A DNA stretch of 61,922 nt, counting the filler, from Stramenopiles sp. TOSAG23-2 (taxonomy: Eukaryota): assembly GCA_900128395.1 (NCBI GenBank). It is 4 parts of 4 records of this genome, joined end to end, with 100 filler letters (N's around TTAATTAATTAA, not from the genome) between each part and the next. Parts side by side here need not be neighbours in the genome. Positions count along the whole stretch, not along the records: positions 31,057 to 46,456 come from LT649710.1; positions 46,557 to 61,922 come from LT649712.1; 2 more parts are not named here. The stretch is one strand, 5' to 3'. The notes under the pieces were generated by a model, which was not told the origin of the DNA, did no database searches, and saw nothing but the letters and a program-made list of their open reading frames with translations. Below, piece after piece: positions 34,273-47,050 of the stretch. Each line of letters begins with the position of its first letter. Position 1 is the stretch's first letter. Position numbers and translations under genes: made by a program.

Positions 34273-36597
34273 TGTGATGTTAATATTGTATATGTTGGTA
34301 AAAAAACTGCTATTAAATATAATTTACAATTTGGAAGTTTTTGCTTTTTAAAACAGGATAATGAGTATTTGACTATTCGTATCTACATAGATCATAGAGT
34401 AGAAGATGGAACAGTTTTGCTGTCAAATTATATTGTAAAAAATATTTTTACAAAACATCAATTTATTGAAATTGTACCACAAAAAAATTATAATTTGAAC
34501 AATAATGAAAAAAACAATTTGATCAAGGTGGTGCGAGAAATCAATGTTACATGTGAAAATATTCCTTCACACAATTATATAGAAAATAAAAATAAAATGT
34601 ACATAGATGTATTCAAACAATATGCCACGGAATATAATGATTGTAAAATACCTGTAATTAACAACAACAACAACAACGATGACGACAACAAAAACAATAG
34701 ATTTATTATTAAAGATGAAAATGTTATTTTTTCCTATGTTGTTGTTGTAAAGAAAATAGATGAAGATGAGGATAAAAATAATAACAACGACCGAGACCCG
34801 TTTCATTATATTCTGGATACTTCATCAACAAAAATCAATTTCATATCAAATACAAAATGCAATGAAACTAGGGAACTTCAATTGAAAAACGACGAAAAAG
34901 ATAATTTAGCGTTTTCAATAAATATAGTTAAATCAATTCAATCTTTAAATACCATTTTTGACAATATGATTCATTTTATAGATATTCATACAAATAAATT
35001 AGCCCCTGCATTTAAAAAATTATTACCACGTTCAATGATTTTGTATGGTTTAAGTGGTTCTGGTCGTACAAGTATATGTAAAGCATTAGTATCTAATTTG
35101 AAAGAATTATATGGGTTAGAAAACATAATTTATTCTTCAATGATGATTTCAGCCACGACATCAAACTCAGCAACAAATAACAATCCATCAAAACAATCTA
35201 TTTTCAATTCAAATAATAATTCATTTTCATTAATCGATATTTACAATAAAATCATCAAAATGGACAAACCTTATGTAATTATTTTGGATCAAATCGATTT
35301 TTTATTAATTAATCGAAACGATGGAGGTATTATCATGAATAATATGACGAAAGAATATAAATATAAACAAACGCTATTGTTGAAAATTATTGATTTTACT
35401 ATTCAATCAAAATCACAATCATTTGTAATTTGTACTGGAAATAGTCGTTTTCAATTAAATCCGGAATTGATTAAACCAGATAGGCTTGGTCGTATTTTTG
35501 AAATTAAAAGACTGGATAATACTGATCGATTCAATGCATTGAAGTTATTTATGACCAAATATACAATTAGTGAGAAAGATCGATCTAATTCTTCTTCCAC
35601 CACACCCGCAACGAGTAATAAAAGCAAAGAAGAATTGTTAAAAGCAATTTCAAGTGAGGCTACTGATGGATTTGCATTGAAGCATTTAGACAACGTCGTC
35701 AAATCTTCATACTTTAAATCGATATCATTATCAGAAGCTGCAAATATGTTAAAACCATTTATTCATCATGATTCTGCCAAAATTCTTGTCCCAACAAATT
35801 CGTTTGAAACAATTGGGGGATATAATATGATAAAACAACGTTTATTGCAGTTAAATCAAAGCAATTCAAATAAAATCAAAATTAAAACGAAACGCGTGAC
35901 TGGAATATTATTACATGGACCTAGTGGATGTGGAAAAACAAAACTAGTGGAAGCATTTGCACATGAAACAAATTCATATTTAATTTTACTACGTGCATCA
36001 GCTTTATTAAGTCCATATCTTGGAGAGAGCGAACGGGCATTAAGGGAAACATTTAAAAATGCATCTATGAGTTCAAAAGCAATTCTTTTTATTGATGAAA
36101 TAGATGCAATTATTCCTTCTAGAAATTTTGATAAAAATTCCAATGGGAACACTTCATCAATTGGAATTGGGGAGCGTTTATTATCTACGTTATTAAATTG
36201 TATGGATGGTTTGATTGAAAATCAAAATGTACTAGTAGTCGCAGCTACTACAAGAATTGAGATGGTTGATCCAGCATTGAGACGACCTGGGCGACTTGGT
36301 ATATGCATTGAAATCCCATTTCCAAATGATGGTGATGTCTCTAAAATATTTCGTCTATATATGAAAAAATATTGTCTTGAAACTATATTAAACAAGTATT
36401 TACAAAATGAAAAGGAAACAATATCGAATTTGGTGAAGAAATATTATAAAAGTCGGGAAAAATTGATGAAACAAAGTGATAACAATGGTAATGGACAAGA
36501 ATTAACAGGGGCAATAATTGAAAGTATTTGTAGAGGTGAAGCTATGAATTTCTTACGGAATAGAATCAGTGAGAGAATGAAAGAGGATGCTTTATGA
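34186..36597 (+). CDS. Two-domain (type II) AAA+ ATPase, CDC48/AFG2/PEX-like, degenerate D1
   Basis: D1 GLSGSGRT/IILDQID; D2 LLHGPSGCGKT, YLGESE, LFIDEID, LLNCMDG, VDPALRRPGRL. Confidence 0.85.
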   Translation: MEDLIIEDKLIMVPYHKSFSNMLRSIGQYCDVNIVYVGKKTAIKYNLQFGSFCFLKQDNEYLTIRIYIDHRVEDGTVLLSNYIVKNIFTKHQFIEIVPQKNYNLNNNEKNNLIKVVREINVTCENIPSHNYIENKNKMYIDVFKQYATEYNDCKIPVINNNNNNDDDNKNNRFIIKDENVIFSYVVVVKKIDEDEDKNNNNDRDPFHYILDTSSTKINFISNTKCNETRELQLKNDEKDNLAFSINIVKSIQSLNTIFDNMIHFIDIHTNKLAPAFKKLLPRSMILYGLSGSGRTSICKALVSNLKELYGLENIIYSSMMISATTSNSATNNNPSKQSIFNSNNNSFSLIDIYNKIIKMDKPYVIILDQIDFLLINRNDGGIIMNNMTKEYKYKQTLLLKIIDFTIQSKSQSFVICTGNSRFQLNPELIKPDRLGRIFEIKRLDNTDRFNALKLFMTKYTISEKDRSNSSSTTPATSNKSKEELLKAISSEATDGFALKHLDNVVKSSYFKSISLSEAANMLKPFIHHDSAKILVPTNSFETIGGYNMIKQRLLQLNQSNSNKIKIKTKRVTGILLHGPSGCGKTKLVEAFAHETNSYLILLRASALLSPYLGESERALRETFKNASMSSKAILFIDEIDAIIPSRNFDKNSNGNTSSIGIGERLLSTLLNCMDGLIENQNVLVVAATTRIEMVDPALRRPGRLGICIEIPFPNDGDVSKIFRLYMKKYCLETILNKYLQNEKETISNLVKKYYKSREKLMKQSDNNGNGQELTGAIIESICRGEAMNFLRNRISERMKEDAL

Positions 36598-36945
36598 AAA
36601 ATTAAAGAAGTGTATTCGTATAGATTTTACAAAATAACAAAGAGATTGTATTTTTTAAATTCATCACACACATACAATGCACACCACAGCACACAGTGCA
36701 TCATTAGAGAGAGAGAGTAAGAGGCATATTAAATACGAGTACGTAAAATTGATATTATATGTAGATTTATGATTAATATAATTTAATAAAAATTTGAAAT
36801 AAAAATAATAATATATATATACTTTCGTATTTTTTTCTGTTTTTATAAAAACCTTTTTTAATTTCGTACGCACGATCGTTTAATTACACACACACATATT
36901 TTATCACACACACATTTTATACACACGGACGCCCGGACGAGGGTT

Positions 36946-39495
36946 TTACTCTAAAAACCCTGTTTTTTTCAATCTATCAGAAACCATACGTTCCTCTACA
37001 TCAGATAAACTTGGTTGTTTTCTAGTATCAATTTTATGATTTATAAGCACCCCATCGTTTTTTGATGCATCATCATCATTTTTTAACTTGAACATAGTAA
37101 TATTTTGTTTTTCTTGACTTGCAGATGCTCGACCTAATGACTTAATATTATTCATCGACATGGAATTACGCATTAAACTGTTTCCATTGTCATTCATCCC
37201 ATTATTAATGAATGATTGCACCCGTGTTGGTGAATGTGTTAATAATTTCTCATGATGTGATAATGGCGTTGCCATAATAGACATTAATCCTCCACGCATA
37301 TTTCTACGTCTTTTATCTACAAACATTTTTATTCTGTCCTGACTTTCTTTCAATAATTTTCTGCTTGAAGCACGTAATACCCATTGGAAATTTAAACACT
37401 CATTTATTGATATCCGCTCGTTTACATCTAGTGTAAGCATTGAACCTACAAGTGTAAGCGAAGAGGAGCTAATTGATCTCCAATCAGACATAACAAATCC
37501 CCATTCTGCATTTATTGTTTTTGTCAATACTAATGTTTTTTGTTGCCCAGCTATTGGTGGGTATCCAACTAACATTAAATACAACACAACACCTAATGAA
37601 TAAATATCACATGCTGGACTATAAAATCGTTTTGAAATCACTTCTGGTGCAACATAACCAGGTGTGCCAACAACAATAGTTCTACCAATTTCTTTTGCAT
37701 GTCGATCAAATTGTCGCAATGTACCAGAAAGACCAAAATCGGCAATTTTTACTATTGGTTTAACATTTTTATCGGCAGACAATTTGAATAATAAATTTTC
37801 AGGTTTTAAATCCCGATGTATAATACCAACATCATGTAATATTTTCAATCCACTTAAAACTCCATGTAAAATATATGCAACATCTTGCTCAGAGTAATTT
37901 ATTGCAGATGCTACATGATCAAATAAATCACCACCACGCAAGACATCAACTACTATATATATTAAGAAGCTATCTTCATACACTTCATGAACTTTAATAA
38001 TGTTTGGATGATCTTTCGTTTCCGTTAATCGTGACATTAAACGCAATAAACGTATTTCATTTTCAACAATTTTTCTAGTCATTTCAGTCGTTAAATGTTT
38101 CTTTCTATTTATAATTTTAGCAGCACATCGCAACCTACTTCGTTTATTTGTACAAGCTCTAACGACACCAAAACGCCCTACGCCAATAATTTCTCCAATT
38201 TTATAATGATCATGTACTGATCCCATGCCAGTCAATGTTGGTCTACTTTCGCACCGTATAATTAAATCAATACTTTGTTGTATTTTATTCATCCATAATT
38301 GTTTCTCTTCCTCAGATGATGCTTGTAAATACCAAATAGGACCAGTTGGTGCTATTTTCCCATCCTCCAGCAATGATTCACTAGTGGCACTACCTGTTGG
38401 ACTAGTTGAACGGTTTGAACTAGATCTTGATATTGTTAATGGATTTATATTGCCAATCATTGCAAGTGGATCACCATTACTATTATCATTATTGGTATTA
38501 TCATTCACATTGTAAGTACTATTACCTTGACTACTATTAGGTCGCTTCGACATAATAATACTATTTACTTCAAATTCTGCATCTGCTAGGCGAACTGGGG
38601 CATCTTCTTTCATCGGTGGTAATGGAACAACTTCAAAACAAAATGGTTTTCCATCTTTATTTGAATCTCTAACAATGGTTCCAGAAGATAATTCTAACGT
38701 TCCACGCGGATTATACGTATTTTCAAGATTATTAATTTGTGATACATCCTTTACATTAATTTCATAATATGATAACATTCGTGCTCGTAATACAACCCAG
38801 CGTTCCACCCAACTTTTCCAAAATCGAAAGCCACGTTTAATTAATCTACCACTACGACGTAATTGGAAAAGTGTTGAAGTGGCTACGCTTAAAGATGTAC
38901 GTTTGTATAATTTATTTCTACTACCACGAATATTATTTGATGGCCGTGGTCTAGATGCACCAGTATTGAAAAATCCTTGTTTTCCCATTTGACTTAAATT
39001 AGGACAAGATGGTGAAAGTAACATTTTATTTGGAGAAGGCATTTTCTTCATCATTCCTCCTGTATTTATTTTTTTTATATTACTATTTTTAGTATTCTTA
39101 TTTGTGGATGAAGATGGTATGAATGTATGCTCGCTTGGATTTGATATTGATGATTTTTTCAAACCTTTTTTATTATTACCCATTACATTAGAAGTAAATG
39201 CTGTATTTGAACTTTTACCAATATTATTTTTATTCTTTTCACTACTGACAAAATTATTACTAAATGTTCCTAGTTTACTATTATTATTATTGCGTTTATC
39301 TAATTTTCCAGACATATGTTTAAACAATGGTCCATCTTCTTCCTCTGAATTCAATGAAGCGGATAGTGAACCACTTGGTGTTAAATCGACAAAAAAATCC
39401 CATTCATTATTATTTGATGGTGGAGATGTTGTATTAAAAGATGCCGTATGGGCTACTGTTTGGTTGGAATCGGTATTTGGTGGTGACGTTTGCAT
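36946..39495 (-). CDS. PH-domain CaMK-family Ser/Thr kinase
   Basis: PH: SGRLIKRG..WKSWVERWVVL..LSYY, FCFEV, WYLQASSEEEKQLWM; kinase: IGVGRFGVV, AAK, HRDLKPEN, DFG, GTPGYVAPE. Confidence 0.92.
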   Translation of the reverse strand: MQTSPPNTDSNQTVAHTASFNTTSPPSNNNEWDFFVDLTPSGSLSASLNSEEEDGPLFKHMSGKLDKRNNNNSKLGTFSNNFVSSEKNKNNIGKSSNTAFTSNVMGNNKKGLKKSSISNPSEHTFIPSSSTNKNTKNSNIKKINTGGMMKKMPSPNKMLLSPSCPNLSQMGKQGFFNTGASRPRPSNNIRGSRNKLYKRTSLSVATSTLFQLRRSGRLIKRGFRFWKSWVERWVVLRARMLSYYEINVKDVSQINNLENTYNPRGTLELSSGTIVRDSNKDGKPFCFEVVPLPPMKEDAPVRLADAEFEVNSIIMSKRPNSSQGNSTYNVNDNTNNDNSNGDPLAMIGNINPLTISRSSSNRSTSPTGSATSESLLEDGKIAPTGPIWYLQASSEEEKQLWMNKIQQSIDLIIRCESRPTLTGMGSVHDHYKIGEIIGVGRFGVVRACTNKRSRLRCAAKIINRKKHLTTEMTRKIVENEIRLLRLMSRLTETKDHPNIIKVHEVYEDSFLIYIVVDVLRGGDLFDHVASAINYSEQDVAYILHGVLSGLKILHDVGIIHRDLKPENLLFKLSADKNVKPIVKIADFGLSGTLRQFDRHAKEIGRTIVVGTPGYVAPEVISKRFYSPACDIYSLGVVLYLMLVGYPPIAGQQKTLVLTKTINAEWGFVMSDWRSISSSSLTLVGSMLTLDVNERISINECLNFQWVLRASSRKLLKESQDRIKMFVDKRRRNMRGGLMSIMATPLSHHEKLLTHSPTRVQSFINNGMNDNGNSLMRNSMSMNNIKSLGRASASQEKQNITMFKLKNDDDASKNDGVLINHKIDTRKQPSLSDVEERMVSDRLKKTGFLE

Positions 39496-40424
39496 TTTTA
39501 TTTTTGTTTGACAAGCACAACAACAATATAATAATCTGTATCTATTTTGTACTTAAATATTAAATATTAATATATATATATATATATCAACACACCAGTT
39601 GAAAAAACAAAACAAAAGGGAGTGGTTGCTTATAACTTTGTAAATACAATCACGTTCTAGATATACAATCTATTTTCTGTTTCATTTGATTTACACTTTG
39701 TCTATATCACATCATCCCGAGGATGAACAACATGTTGTCTTCTTTTATTTTCATTCATGTATTCATTATTTGATGATGATGTTAAAGTAGTAATATAATG
39801 TGGTGGGTATTACTTATAGTATACCTGGTGGTATACAAAACTATTTTGTGAAATTTAATAGAAGGTCAATAGCATTGTTATTATTAATATTGACGGGATT
39901 GAAAAAAGAAAATGGATTTGTGATTGTTGATGGAAGATTCGCACATTCTAATTCGTCGCTAAATATCGTAATCGCAGCAGTGCTGGCCCTATAAGGCTGG
40001 AGTGCTGGAGTTCCCGCCGAGTTCCAGAAACGAAAAAAAATATAATAAAAATGGCGTGTCGTCTATCAATTAGAATCAATACTATACTGTAAATAATGTG
40101 TTTTATGGTAAAACCAATTTTGATAAAATAAAGCACCTTAAAACAAATCGCGATTCAATATTATATCAATACAATACTAAATAATGTTTATTAGTATAAA
40201 AATATTCCATGTTAGCTTAATAGAAACCTTAACACATATTTAAACATCTCATTATTATTATTATTAAAAATTCTATGTCCAATGTGCCAATCAATCAATC
40301 GAAAAGGGATATATATTAATACTGTAGCTAAAAGAAGAAGAAGAAAAAAGAATTTCATATAATTGTATTAAGAATCATAATACGATTTTCGAATTGGTAT
40401 ACATCATATATAAACGTTAGTCAT

Positions 40425-41735
40425 ATGAAAATTGCGGTAATTGGTGCTGGGCCTGCCGGAATATTGCTAGTTGCAGAAGCATATTTACAATGTAAAAAAA
40501 ATAATCAAAATGATACTATTATATATTGGTATGATAAAGAACACTTTTTATCAGGAATGATGGATAAATATCAAGTTCCATCAAATACAAAAATGGACTA
40601 CCTCGATCAAGGGCTTGGTTTTTTCACAGAATCGCCAATAGGACCCTTAGCTAAATTATTTCCTGAAATTCAACAAAGCATTGAAGCAATCAGAGCGAAT
40701 AGCATACCTACGCCTAAAATTATAGAAACATTTGATCCTAGTGAAACTGGATGGCCTCAAATAAAAGATATGCGAGACCACTTTGTATTAATATCAAATA
40801 TTTTGAAAAGTACAAACATAGTAAAATTTAGAAATAGTGAAGTTAAGCAATGTATAAGAAGCAAAACAAATAATTTATGGACTATACGATATTACAATGA
40901 AGATGATGACCATCGTAGTGATGAAAATGTACATTGTATTAACTTTTGTTGTGGAGCAAAGCCAGCTACATTTTTAAATAATAAAATCAATGAATTTACA
41001 AACAATACTGCAAATATTATAAGTATGGAAGATGCTTTATCCTTTGATAAAGTGAAAAACATAGTGAATAAAACAGATCGAATTGCGATTTTAGGCAATT
41101 CGCACAGTTCTGCTTTAGCAATTAAAAATTTCATTGAAGCATCAAATGTTGATCGTGAAAATATTTTTGTATATAGATTATTTCCATTGAAATATGCCAA
41201 ATGGCATGATCAAGGTTCATATATGAATAATTCAACTGGCATTAAAGGTATAGCTACAGCATTTGCTATTAAAGATCGCCAATTAAGTGCTAAACGGTCC
41301 ATCTTTAATAGAGAAGAACATTCGGATAAATTATGGCAGTTGCTAAAGCAAAAACCAACAGACTTTGATCATATTGTACCGCTTGTAGGATTTGAAATCA
41401 ATAAACTTCCTGAAATAATCATAAATGATAATGAAACAATTAATAATAAGGATTTAATTTTCAAAGCAAAGACTACAGAATTGTTTTATAAAGGCACTAG
41501 TATTGGTTTTGAAATGGGTGCTTCAAGACCTGAATATTATACAGACCATCCAAAATTTAAATATCCAATCATTGCATTACGGGGTGGAGAAGAAACAAAA
41601 CGAAAAGGATGGAGTGGCGAATATCCAGTAGGATGGGCATTATTTAGATTGCGAGCAATACAAATTGTTAAAGCCATTTTACGGAATGATAATATAATGA
41701 ATGATAAGGAGGCATCAACAATTGCTAAATTGTGA
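40425..41735 (+). CDS. FAD-dependent oxidoreductase (pyridine nucleotide-disulfide-like fold), probable PTS1
   Basis: KIAVIGAGPAG; second Rossmann-like RIAILGNSHS; C-terminal AKL. Confidence 0.7.
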   Translation: MKIAVIGAGPAGILLVAEAYLQCKKNNQNDTIIYWYDKEHFLSGMMDKYQVPSNTKMDYLDQGLGFFTESPIGPLAKLFPEIQQSIEAIRANSIPTPKIIETFDPSETGWPQIKDMRDHFVLISNILKSTNIVKFRNSEVKQCIRSKTNNLWTIRYYNEDDDHRSDENVHCINFCCGAKPATFLNNKINEFTNNTANIISMEDALSFDKVKNIVNKTDRIAILGNSHSSALAIKNFIEASNVDRENIFVYRLFPLKYAKWHDQGSYMNNSTGIKGIATAFAIKDRQLSAKRSIFNREEHSDKLWQLLKQKPTDFDHIVPLVGFEINKLPEIIINDNETINNKDLIFKAKTTELFYKGTSIGFEMGASRPEYYTDHPKFKYPIIALRGGEETKRKGWSGEYPVGWALFRLRAIQIVKAILRNDNIMNDKEASTIAKL

Positions 41736-44700
41736 AAAGAGCTATGTACTCCATACGGCTCAAAGCTAATTGGACTACAACTTCAACTTCTAAAGTAGGT
41801 GATAAATCTAACGTCCGTTTAAAATATTTCTTTGCCAAACGCAATTCTGCTACTCCTGGAATGGGAGGTAATTCAGAATTCGTGATGCCACCTGCTAATA
41901 TCTCGCCCCTTTCATACATGGTTGCAAGTGAATATGCACCTTGGGTATTTCCATTTGCTGATGATTTACGATAATATTTTGCTGCCATAGTTAAATTTTT
42001 CTCTATGCCACCCATACCATAATAATAATAATCACCCAAACGTAAATCGTGGTTATAATTACCTAGTTTACGTGCTTTCAAATAAAAATGTAAAGCTAAA
42101 CGTTGCAAATTTTCAGTAGAACGTTTATTTTTCGTTATGAAGGCACCACTACTACCAGCAACAGCAGGGATATTATTTTCTTCCTCATTAATTTCTCTCC
42201 CAGCAAGACTCTTATCACTTACATACAATCTATCTAAAATATATGCCGCATTACTTTGCGCAACTTCATAACCCATTTCTGAGCCTTCGAAATATCTAAT
42301 TAATGAACGTTCATAATCTTTAATTAAAAAATTATTAAACCCACGCCTAACGACGTTGCCCCACGAACCGTGGTGTGCTGCAGGTCGAAGGTAATCAACT
42401 GCGATATTACAATGCCGGCCATGACTTTCATCCATCATTGCAATTACACCCATTTTGCAAACAGATGGAAAATGACCAAATTCTTGACCAGCACGTCGAA
42501 ACAGTGCAATAGCTGCTGGGACATCTTTCTCAACGCCTTGTCCTTCGTATAAACAATGTGCTGCGTTGAATAAACTATCACCAGCGTCTCCCTTATCCGC
42601 TGCTCTTTTAAAATATTCATAACCTTTTGTTTGATTTTGTGGAACATCACCACCAACAAAATAAATAAAACCTAATCCATTTAGTGCACGAGTATTATTT
42701 TGTGCTGCAGCTTTTTCATACCATATAATAGCATCAGTAGTATTTTTTTTAACCCCCTCCCCTTTTAACAACATATTTCCAACACCAACTTGACCATGCG
42801 GGTTGTTATGCGGCGCACTTCCTGCCGTGCGATACCACCGGTGTGCTGCTGCTTGATCCCTTGCAAGTCCATGAGCGCCGTAATAATATAGATCTCCCAT
42901 GGCAAGCATAGATGGTACATCGCCTTGCTCTGCTTTTAAAATTTGCAATTCAATCCTTTTATCTTGATCTCCAAGTTCACCTTCTTCTATATGCTCCTCC
43001 GTTTCTAATGTTAATCGATTATGCGAATGAATTTGTTCTTGTCCGCCACTGTGATGCTCCTCCAATGCTTTTTGTGCAACCAAGTCATAATAAAATGCAG
43101 CACTTTCACAATCGGCTTCAATACCAATGCCTTTATGATATCGATGTGCTAACGCTAGTTGAGCTTTAGTATTTCCATGCAAAGCAGCTAAATGGTAGAG
43201 TGATGTTGCATATGTTTCATGATTGCGTTTTAATGCAATTTCAGCACCACCATTTCTAATTTCCGTATTTTCACTACCACCAATACCTAATCCTGATGAA
43301 TGCATTACACCTAATAACCAAAACGCATTTCCACTACCAAGACGCGCCGCTTTAAGTAGTAAACGATATGCTCTCTTCGATGATGCTTCAATCTCGCTTT
43401 TTCCAAATAATTTTCCTGTTACCTGGTCTATGGTATCATCTAAAATGTGAGCGTGGTTAAACAACGCGCCCATGCTCAATTCACTACATTTGCTGTTATC
43501 GTCAGCATGTGCATTAGCTCCATGTAATAATAAAGAGGCGCCTAAATACAATGCCTCTGCATGATTTAATCTACCAGCTGCCTCTAATAAATCGATAGCT
43601 CTAGGTATTTCTTCACATTTACTAATTAATACATTTGCTTCATCGTATAATGTCTTTGCATCTTCATCTACTTCACTTAATGACAATGCCATTGTATTAC
43701 CTAAACTATGAAGATCATCTAATAGATATGTTTCTGTTGTACTAGATGCTTGTATTTGTTGATTATTTAAGCGACTATTAGACGCAGACAAAGGGTTTGA
43801 TTCAATTATTTCTTTTTTATTTTCATCCATAGTTAACGATGATACCACTTTCAATGGAATGGTAGATGAAAATACTTCTTTTTCTTCTTTTGCGTGTCGT
43901 ATATTATCAGAGATATCCTTTTCAACACAATTGTCTTCATGATCACCTTTAATTACATTTGAGCAAATGTTATTATGATCCCCATTTATTTCTTTACCTG
44001 CACTATTAGTGTTGCTATAAAATGTAGTTTTCATAAAATTATTTCTAATTTCTAAATATGACAATTGTCTATTATAAATTTTCAAATCCCCAATCATTGA
44101 TTTGGCACCTTGGAACCAAGGATCTTTACCAATATATAAATGCCCATCATTCGCCAAAACACGTGATTTATATGTCACGTTTACTTGCAACCGATCATTG
44201 AAATATATATAGACCGAATACATATTTTTGTGTTGTTCATTTGAATTTGCATCGCTTTTACTTTCATTGTCATCTTCTGCATTCGCAACTTGATTTGATG
44301 GTGCATCGACAGGATGAGTCATCTTCGAAGGAATAACAATCATCTTGTTATTATGATTAATGTCATTATTTTTGTTTTTAAACGATGTTCGATTATGAAA
44401 CACAAAAGTTAATTGTATCCATTCTCTCAATGGAAGTTCTTTTAGCGAATTTTCTTCGTTATCCATATGGCCTTCCGTACTCATTCGCAAACTTAAATGC
44501 CTCGAATGGGGATTCAACCATACAGACGGTGTACGATGTCCATCATTCGGGTTTGGTCCTTTAAAGAATAATGCGCGATGTTTTCCAGTAGAATCCTCTA
44601 ATAGATAAACCCACATTTGAATTGTCCATGATTTAAATGTTTTGCCTGGTAAAGCATGAGGTGGCAACGTTAGCCCTTGGCCACCATTCATAGATATGAC

Positions 44701-45904
44701 GCCATGAATACTATAATATGGATTCAATTTTCCAAGACGAATAGTGCTATCATCAACATTTTCAGAAAGAACAACTTCATTTTTACAATGTTTTGAAGAC
44801 ACAGACGTATTGCCATATTGAAGTGGAGGCGCATTAGTAATCACAATCGGATCAGCACTTGAATGTAGTGTTACATAAAAAGATCCAGGGTTACTAAAAC
44901 GAACATTTAACATGCCACTTTCAGCATTAGCTATTGATTTATTAAGTTTCGTCCATTTCTCTTTCATTACATCTGACGGAATTTCAATTACTTTTTTCCT
45001 TAAACGTACTGCCAACTTTCCAATTTGTAGTTTTTCCCTTGGTGCACTGCCAGAATGATTAGTAACAACAATTTTTAAAACTTTTTCGTTTATCCAAGTA
45101 CCACTATAATTTTGCCCAATGTTTTCAGAAAATGTCAATACATTATCAATACCACTTTCCGTAGAAACATCCAGCATATCAGTTGGTTGATCAAACGTAA
45201 TAGTTAATGAAGTTGGATTTGCATCAGATATTGCACCGAAATAGCCGGTTGCAAATGCTGATATCACTTTCGGTTCTTTACATAAATCTTCATCTAAACT
45301 ACACCAAACAACTTGTCTGATTTTTGGAGGACCAACCAATTCTTTTTCCTCTTTTACTACTGCTTTTATTTCATCTGTACATAAGCCATACGTTGCAAAA
45401 ACGCTGTTAGATAATAAATTATCATCATGATCATTCTCAATTATTTTATCATTATTTTTATCATTATTTTTTATAATATTTTTGCCTTTCACTATATTTA
45501 AAGTAAGTGGTTCTTTTGAATCTATAGCACAATATTTACGAAAGAGGTAAAAAGGTACATACCACTCAACTGCAATACGATCAAACACACATATATTTTG
45601 ATGGTGATTATCAGTTTTAAACACAACATTATTATCATCATTTTTTATTTTTTGAAATCCAACATATGTTTGTTGAACCTCTGAAAGAACTCCTTTGCAA
45701 ACTAATATAATACTAAAAAGGTACATACCACTCAACTGCAATACGATCAAACACACATATATTTTGATGGTGATTATCAGTTTTAAACACAACATTATTA
45801 TCATCATTTTTTATTTTTTGAAATCCAACATATGTTTGTTGAACCTCTGAAAGAACTCCTTTGCAAACTAATATAATACTAAACATGCAGTAATAGATCT
45901 TCAT
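41725..45904 (-). CDS. SEL1L3-like protein: signal peptide, LamG/ConA-like domain, Sel1 repeats (5' end split by a duplication)
   Basis: True start MKIYYCMFSII at 45904; LamG WTIQMWVYLL, RTPSVWL, LYIGKDPW; Sel1 repeats AQLALAHRYHKGIG, MGDLYYYGAHG, ALNGLGFIY, GYEVAQSNAAYIL, LGDYYYYG. Confidence 0.85.
45548..45883. repeat. Perfect tandem duplication, 166-bp unit, frameshifts the SEL1L3-like 5' end
   Basis: Units start at 45548 and 45714. Confidence 0.9.
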
Positions 45905-46456
45905 GATTTCTTTTTCTTTATATATATATATATAATATGATCGAACAATTCTTTTATATTCCTTATATATATTAATATTCTTTCTTTTTTGTTTTAGTAA
46001 TAGTCATTTATGATATATATTTGTTGTGTAATTTATTTGTTGTAATTATTATTTGTGTTTTTGTATTTTGGGATTCTAATTTTTATTTTAGTTTTATAAT
46101 TGGATTGCCTGGATTGAATTGTTACAATATAGTTTAAGTTATTTTATTATTATTACAGGCACCGTACCGCCACCACCACCACTAACGCCAGACCTGGCAG
46201 AGCCAGACGACTAAGACTGCATAATTTTTTTGACATTTATTTGAGGGCTCACATCACCGTCCTATTTATTTTATACAAAACAATGCACTATCAAGTACAG
46301 AATACCAGGCATCGTATTAAATGCCTTAACACAACAGCTTTTTTTTTTTTTCTGTTTAACCTATACCAAAAAGTCTGTTGTTGTTGTCACATGCTAAATT
46401 AAAATATATTATGTACTATGATATTTAAATAGCTCTCCTCTACTATAGATATAATA

Positions 46457-46556
46457 NNNNNNNNNNNNNNNNNNNNNNNNNNNNNNNNNNNNNNNNNNNN
46501 TTAATTAATTAANNNNNNNNNNNNNNNNNNNNNNNNNNNNNNNNNNNNNNNNNNNN
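46457..46556. other. Artificial contig linker
   Basis: N44-TTAATTAATTAA-N44. Confidence 0.98.
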
Positions 46557-47050
46557 TTTTAGTCATTTCTGTAAATTAATAATTTATTTAAGTACAAATT
46601 TTAATGTATAAATTTGATGCCAGAAATTCTGCTATCCCTAATTTCTGAAAACGTGAAATGTCAAAATTATTTTGCCAATTGATAGGAAAAATAGTATACT
46701 AGTGGAGCCTAAGTTTAAAAAGGTATTTTCAATGTTTTTCCTTTGTTTTCATGTAATGAAATGAAAAATCCATTGTCACAACAATGAAATTCAAGAATTT
46801 AGTTCAAAAATGTTGATTTTAATGAAATTTGATTGAAAATATGCGTAATCATGTCCTCCCACAATGGTAATCAGATGCTATGAAACCCAAAAACCCTGCT
46901 ATCCATCAAAATCAACACAAATTGATGATGAATCAATACACATCCACAGAAAATTAAAAAAAAAACAAAAACATTTTTGAAAAAACAAAACTATATGTTA
47001 GAAATAGAAGAACATGTACAAATAAAGTAACATCAACAACAAGCAATAAG

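Noticed and set aside
15434-46556. TTAATTAATTAA as a biological motif, and gene clusters across the N gaps
   Set aside because: Identical synthetic 100-bp linkers join unrelated, size-sorted contigs.
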